The notes beneath the pieces are model-generated. The model searched no databases and had not been told where the DNA came from. It saw only the letters and a list, made by a program, of their open reading frames with translations. The position numbers and the translations under genes were made by a program. A stretch of 29,323 nucleotides of DNA from a virus (lineage: Duplodnaviria > Caudoviricetes): the IMG/VR virus record IMGVR_UViG_3300031566_000267, positions 1 to 29,323 of that record; one strand, 5' to 3'. This document shows positions 25,284 to 29,323 of the stretch, in pieces. Numbering within the stretch: position 1 is the stretch's first letter; each line of letters opens with the position of its first letter.

Positions 25284-25579
25284 CCTGTCCCCTTCGTTGG
25301 TTCTGGTCGCCGGCCGATGATGGCGTGTAGCTCTGACATCTCGGCGACGCCTACATAGACTCGATCTCGCCGTCGCCATCGCGGGATCTCGGTATCAATA
25401 TCGCCTGTTGGGAACCGCTCGCGCACCCAAGCCATCAGCTTGGGGACGTCGCTGATCCTGATCGAGTCACGACCCTCGCGGAGTGGGCAGAGCCCGCAGG
25501 CGAGATCTCCGGTGTCGCCAATGTAGCGAGCCTCGTTGTCACACTCATTCCGCATGCACTTGATCATCGTTTGCTCCAC
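25280..25579 (-). CDS. Hypothetical protein with Cys motifs
   Basis: C...C...CGLC; start 25579 or 25567. Confidence 0.55.
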   Translation of the reverse strand: MEQTMIKCMRNECDNEARYIGDTGDLACGLCPLREGRDSIRISDVPKLMAWVRERFPTGDIDTEIPRWRRRDRVYVGVAEMSELHAIIGRRPEPTKGTG

Positions 25580-25776
25580 TTCACGAGCTTGGTCTTAAGC
25601 GTCGACGGGCCCCAGCTACCACCGTCGGTGGGCTGAACGTCACATTCGGTGATCGATATCTCATCGTCTAGGTCGGTCGGCTCCTCAACCGAAGTCACGA
25701 GGTAGTGCAGACCATCGATCAGCACCCTACCTCCGGCCTTCGGGGTCGGACCCCGGGTCTGGACACATACCCGCAT
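25564..25776 (-). CDS. Hypothetical protein
   Basis: 70 aa ORF in gene chain, overlaps dcd end. Confidence 0.45.
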   Translation of the reverse strand: MRVCVQTRGPTPKAGGRVLIDGLHYLVTSVEEPTDLDDEISITECDVQPTDGGSWGPSTLKTKLVKWSKR

Positions 25777-26374
25777 CGCGCTGTCCTTCCTCGGACTGGA
25801 TGAACTTTCCGACGGCGTCGAGTTCGTTCCGCCACATCGCCGATGGTTGCGGCATCGGGTCGCGGGTGCGGTACTTCGCTGAGGCCTTGTCCTTGTAGGA
25901 GGTCATCGGCGGTCCACTTGCCTCGAACCAGATGAGCTGGGCAACACGGATGCCTGCGTAGACACGCAGCGGCTTGACGACCGTGATCTCCATCGTCCAG
26001 TGGTTGCAGAACCCGACGTCCCCCTTGCCGGCGGTGACGTGAACAGACATGCCCAACCTGCCAAGGCTCGACTTTCCCTCCAAGAATGGCACGTGCTCGT
26101 GGCTCTCGGTGTACTCGAAGGTCGACGCGAGGTAGAGCTCGCCAGGTTGGAGCACCATCCCCACGCGCGGGATGTGATGAAGTTCGATGCCGCGCGCGAC
26201 ATTCACATCAAGCGGCTCAGTGTGCCTCCCACTGAAGTGCTCCTGGTAGGTCTTGATCCACGGACCGAGGTGAACGTCGTAGCTGTTGGTCCCTAGTGAA
26301 GACGGGTCGAACGGGTCGATAACGATCGCGCCGCGAGCTACAGCGGCGAGGATGTCGCGGTCAATTAGCAGCAT
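25727..26374 (-). CDS. dcd: dCTP deaminase
   Basis: NSYDVHLG, LQPGE, GKSSLGRLG, AG..D.GF, TMEI, AQL, KY. Confidence 0.9.
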   Translation of the reverse strand: MLLIDRDILAAVARGAIVIDPFDPSSLGTNSYDVHLGPWIKTYQEHFSGRHTEPLDVNVARGIELHHIPRVGMVLQPGELYLASTFEYTESHEHVPFLEGKSSLGRLGMSVHVTAGKGDVGFCNHWTMEITVVKPLRVYAGIRVAQLIWFEASGPPMTSYKDKASAKYRTRDPMPQPSAMWRNELDAVGKFIQSEEGQRDAGMCPDPGSDPEGRR

Positions 26375-28964
26375 CAGCAGTCTCCTTCAGGTGCTCCGCT
26401 ACCCAGCGGATCTCTGCGTCTCGAAGGGTCTCCCCTTTGTTCATCGATCGCAACGAGCCCCACCGTTCGCCTGCATCGACATCCACTACCAGGGGCACCC
26501 CCCAGCAGTCAAAGCCTTCCATGATCCGGACGCAGGCGTCGATGACCACGTCAGCATCTGCTCGTGCTACATCGAGCATGATGGAGTCGTGAACCGTGTT
26601 GATGATCTCAGCATCGACGCCTGACGCGTCGATCCAATCGTGGATCTTAGGAATCGCGGCGATGGTGTACCAAGCTGCGCGCCCTTGGATCGGTGTGTTG
26701 ATGCTGGAGTTCTCCGCGTTCATCTTCTTCCACTTGTCGTGACCGCCAGCCTCGTACAACGGGCGCGTGTGGGAGGCACCGTTGAACCACGGGACCTCGA
26801 CGAAGCCATACCTGCGCACCTGGTAGAGCAACTGTTGGATGAGCTTCGCCAGCAGCTTGAAGTGGCCGAGGATGGCACGGCGAACAGCAGCCGCTTCATC
26901 GATCGTGCAGCCTAGCTGCTGAGCGAGCCCCGCATCGGTCTTGCCATAGAGCAGCCCGAAGTTCACAGACTTCGCGTAGGTACGGTGGTACTTGGTGACG
27001 TCCGCTGCGTGGATCCCCCACGCGACCTTGGCGATGAGCTCGGCGGTGCGATGGTGGTAGTCGACGCCATCTACGAAGATCTGAATCATCCCAAGATCGC
27101 CTGACATACCTGCGGCAACGCGAAGCTCGATCTGCGACTGGTCCAACGAGATCATCACGCGCCCTGGCGCGACGATGAAGCCGTCACGGGCCATCCTGCC
27201 TTCAACTGTCTCTGGGCGCGGGATGTTCTGACCGTTCGGGTTCTCGCTGCTGACGCGTCCAGTCTCGGTACCGTCGAGGCGGAACGTCGGGTGGATGCGT
27301 CCGTCGGAGAGGATGTGTGGGATCATCCCTCGCGCATAGGTCCCGTCCATCTTCTCAAGGCGTCGGTACTCTTGCATCTGATCAACGAAGGGGTGCATGC
27401 CTGCGAGGCGTTGGAGGGTGTCCTTGTTCGTCGACGGGTCGCCAGACTTCTCGGAGATGCCCTGCTTGGGTAGTCCGAGCTTGTTGAACAGGATGTTCGC
27501 GACCTGCTTGGGCGCGTTCGGGTTGAAGTCAGGACCGTAGGCGTTGAATGCTGTGCGGATCTCATCAAGCCCTACGTTCAGGTGCAACGAGAACGCATCG
27601 AAGGCTTGGCGATCGGCAAGGATGCCGACACGCTCGATGCGCTTGAACGATCGCAGAGCCGGGCGGTACAGGTCCTCCCAGATCTGCATCTCCTTGGGCG
27701 CCTCGTGCCATGTTCGGTTACGCAGGTGGATCGTCGCGGTGGCGCTCGCCAACACATCGCGTGCGTTGTACCGCCAGAGCACGTCGTCAGGGAGGAGTCC
27801 GTAAGCGTAGTTCATCGGTGTCGCCCCAGGCGTGCCATTGCGGATAGCCTGTGCACACCAGTGCGTCTGTGGCTTGTCACCTGCTCGAGGTTTCTTCAAG
27901 CGTGCCCCTGACACCGCGCGCCTCAAGCCACCCTGTGCCTCCTCCTTGTGGCCACCCATGCCCACGAGCTCGGCGGCGTACTCCAGCCGACCCTTGCACG
28001 TTGGCTCAGCGAGCTTGCGCACGAGCTGAGTGTCGAAGTCGATGTGCTTGATGTCGATGTCGAGGCACTGCTCGGCTGCGATGGTGTCGTACTTGATGTT
28101 GGATCCTGAGACGCGCTTGGTCTCAAGGAGGCGTCGCAGAACTGCGAGCGCCGCAGGGTTGTCCAAGGCATCCGCAGACCAGACCCACGCATCCGTCTCG
28201 AGCGCATCGACTGCGACCAGGCCTGCGCAGATGACCTTGAAGTCGACGTTGTGGCAGATGCCTGCCGTCTCGACGTCGAACAGGATCTCCTCGTGATCGA
28301 AGAGGGCCTGCTCCGCAAGCAGTGCATCGGCCTCACTCTCGATGACATGCACCACACCGTCGGTGTGCGTCGGTCGAGGGGACGCTGTCTCTAGCGCCCA
28401 AGCGAGATCGTTCTCGTACCTACGCCGCAAGAACTTGTTCTCCTGCATCAGCCCGGGGGCATGCAGGAGGAACACTGGAACGATACCGTTAATCCAGCCG
28501 TAGCCTCGTCGCACAGACTCCATGTCGAGCGAGCGTCCGAGCAGTGACACCACTGCCCACGAGCCAAGAGCTAGGACTCGCGATGGCTGAATGCTCTCGA
28601 TTACCGCAGCGAGGTAGCTGCGGCATTCCTTGATTGGGGTCGCCGCGTCCTTCATCTTGGCGTTCCAAGGCGCGGGACACTTCACGGCGTTGTCGTAGGT
28701 GATCGAACCCGACCAGTGACGGCTGACGAGGTCTCGGATGAAGAACCCTGTCTTGGATGCGAACGGACGCACAGCGTCCTTGACCGGTGACTCACCTACG
28801 ACAAGCAGGCCGCCGAGCTCCACAACCTTGCCTGCGTCGGCCGGTAGGCAGGCGCGGCCAGCAGGCGCGGCCCAACGACATCGAACGCAAGAGCGATCGA
28901 GCGGCTCTCCGCCGGAGTCCACGGGGGACTCCAGCGGGGTGGGGAACATCCGGAGACGTTTCAC
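26361..28964 (-). CDS. polA: Family A DNA polymerase with N-terminal UDG family-4-like domain and 3'-5' exonuclease
   Basis: CVRC, VVGESP, PF, NAVKC, ECR, LALG, HAP; exo FDVET, NIKYD, YNARD; pol DQSQIELR, RTYAKSVNFGLLYG, VHDS. Confidence 0.93.
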   Translation of the reverse strand: MKRLRMFPTPLESPVDSGGEPLDRSCVRCRWAAPAGRACLPADAGKVVELGGLLVVGESPVKDAVRPFASKTGFFIRDLVSRHWSGSITYDNAVKCPAPWNAKMKDAATPIKECRSYLAAVIESIQPSRVLALGSWAVVSLLGRSLDMESVRRGYGWINGIVPVFLLHAPGLMQENKFLRRRYENDLAWALETASPRPTHTDGVVHVIESEADALLAEQALFDHEEILFDVETAGICHNVDFKVICAGLVAVDALETDAWVWSADALDNPAALAVLRRLLETKRVSGSNIKYDTIAAEQCLDIDIKHIDFDTQLVRKLAEPTCKGRLEYAAELVGMGGHKEEAQGGLRRAVSGARLKKPRAGDKPQTHWCAQAIRNGTPGATPMNYAYGLLPDDVLWRYNARDVLASATATIHLRNRTWHEAPKEMQIWEDLYRPALRSFKRIERVGILADRQAFDAFSLHLNVGLDEIRTAFNAYGPDFNPNAPKQVANILFNKLGLPKQGISEKSGDPSTNKDTLQRLAGMHPFVDQMQEYRRLEKMDGTYARGMIPHILSDGRIHPTFRLDGTETGRVSSENPNGQNIPRPETVEGRMARDGFIVAPGRVMISLDQSQIELRVAAGMSGDLGMIQIFVDGVDYHHRTAELIAKVAWGIHAADVTKYHRTYAKSVNFGLLYGKTDAGLAQQLGCTIDEAAAVRRAILGHFKLLAKLIQQLLYQVRRYGFVEVPWFNGASHTRPLYEAGGHDKWKKMNAENSSINTPIQGRAAWYTIAAIPKIHDWIDASGVDAEIINTVHDSIMLDVARADADVVIDACVRIMEGFDCWGVPLVVDVDAGERWGSLRSMNKGETLRDAEIRWVAEHLKETADAAN

Positions 28965-29323
28965 GCGCCGAGGACAACCATGGCGGCACGCTCCATGCGC
29001 TTCTCGAAGTCGCCCTTCTTCTCGACCTCCTTCAACGCCGGGATCTGATCCTTCAACGAGGACGAGAGGGTGACGATGTCGGCGGCCGACTTGTAGCCGC
29101 GAGACACCATGTGCTCGATCACAGGGCGCAGCTTCTCCATCTTCGTCATGGCGTCGACGTCGACATCCTTCCCTTCGTCGAGATCGTCGTCGCTCTCGGG
29201 CTCGGGCTCGGGCTGCACCACCTCGATCTTCTGACGCTTGTGCCGCTCGGCCTTGGGCGACGCGGTGTCTGTCTTGACACCAGCGCCGTTAGACTTGGGT
29301 TTAGACGCTGGGTTGATGGCGTC
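28961..29323 (-). CDS. Hypothetical protein, 5' end outside window
   Basis: Frame open from window edge; EPEPEP/acidic linker; stop overlaps polA GTG. Confidence 0.65.
   Translation of the reverse strand, partial: DAINPASKPKSNGAGVKTDTASPKAERHKRQKIEVVQPEPEPESDDDLDEGKDVDVDAMTKMEKLRPVIEHMVSRGYKSAADIVTLSSSLKDQIPALKEVEKKGDFEKRMERAAMVVLGA

Noticed and set aside
29194-29215. (gggctc)n short repeat
   Set aside because: Simple EP linker coding repeat
1-29323. Abundant TCGA/GATC words as a modification-target signal
   Set aside because: Explainable by NTC-GAN codon usage in high-GC genes; needs a codon-aware count I cannot run

Overview
GC-rich dsDNA tailed-phage (or prophage) segment in which essentially every real gene is on the minus strand, many coupled by 1-4 nt stop/start overlaps. 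In transcription order (right to left): (1) replication/recombination block: uracil-DNA-glycosylase-like domain fused to a family A DNA polymerase, dCTP deaminase, UvsY-like protein, gp32-like SSB, RecA/UvsX, SbcD, SbcC; (2) a ~6.7 kb DNA-modification cluster: QueD paralogue (DpdL-like), small radical SAM enzyme, GT4-type glycosyltransferase, unknown protein, P-loop kinase/nucleotidyltransferase fusion, DpdA-like transglycosylase, ParB-like protein, QueD, HNH endonuclease, QueE, with no QueC/QueF/FolE in the cluster; (3) a packaging module (probable TerS, TerL, portal running off the left edge) broken up by small accessory genes, an amidase and a double-XRE regulator. Best candidate for a new system: a 7-deazaguanine pathway extended by rSAM, glycosyltransferase and kinase-NTase enzymes. 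Also seen: seven copies of a bipartite promoter-like motif GT(A/C)GGAA(C/T)-N14/15-ACAAGGC, six placed for leaderless initiation; a second TAGGCT-N6-ATG class; a tRNA-His-like RNA whose CCA overlaps the recA start; and a 45-bp repeat read in two frames with a third partial copy in terL. All calls are by-eye motif recognition; no searches were run.
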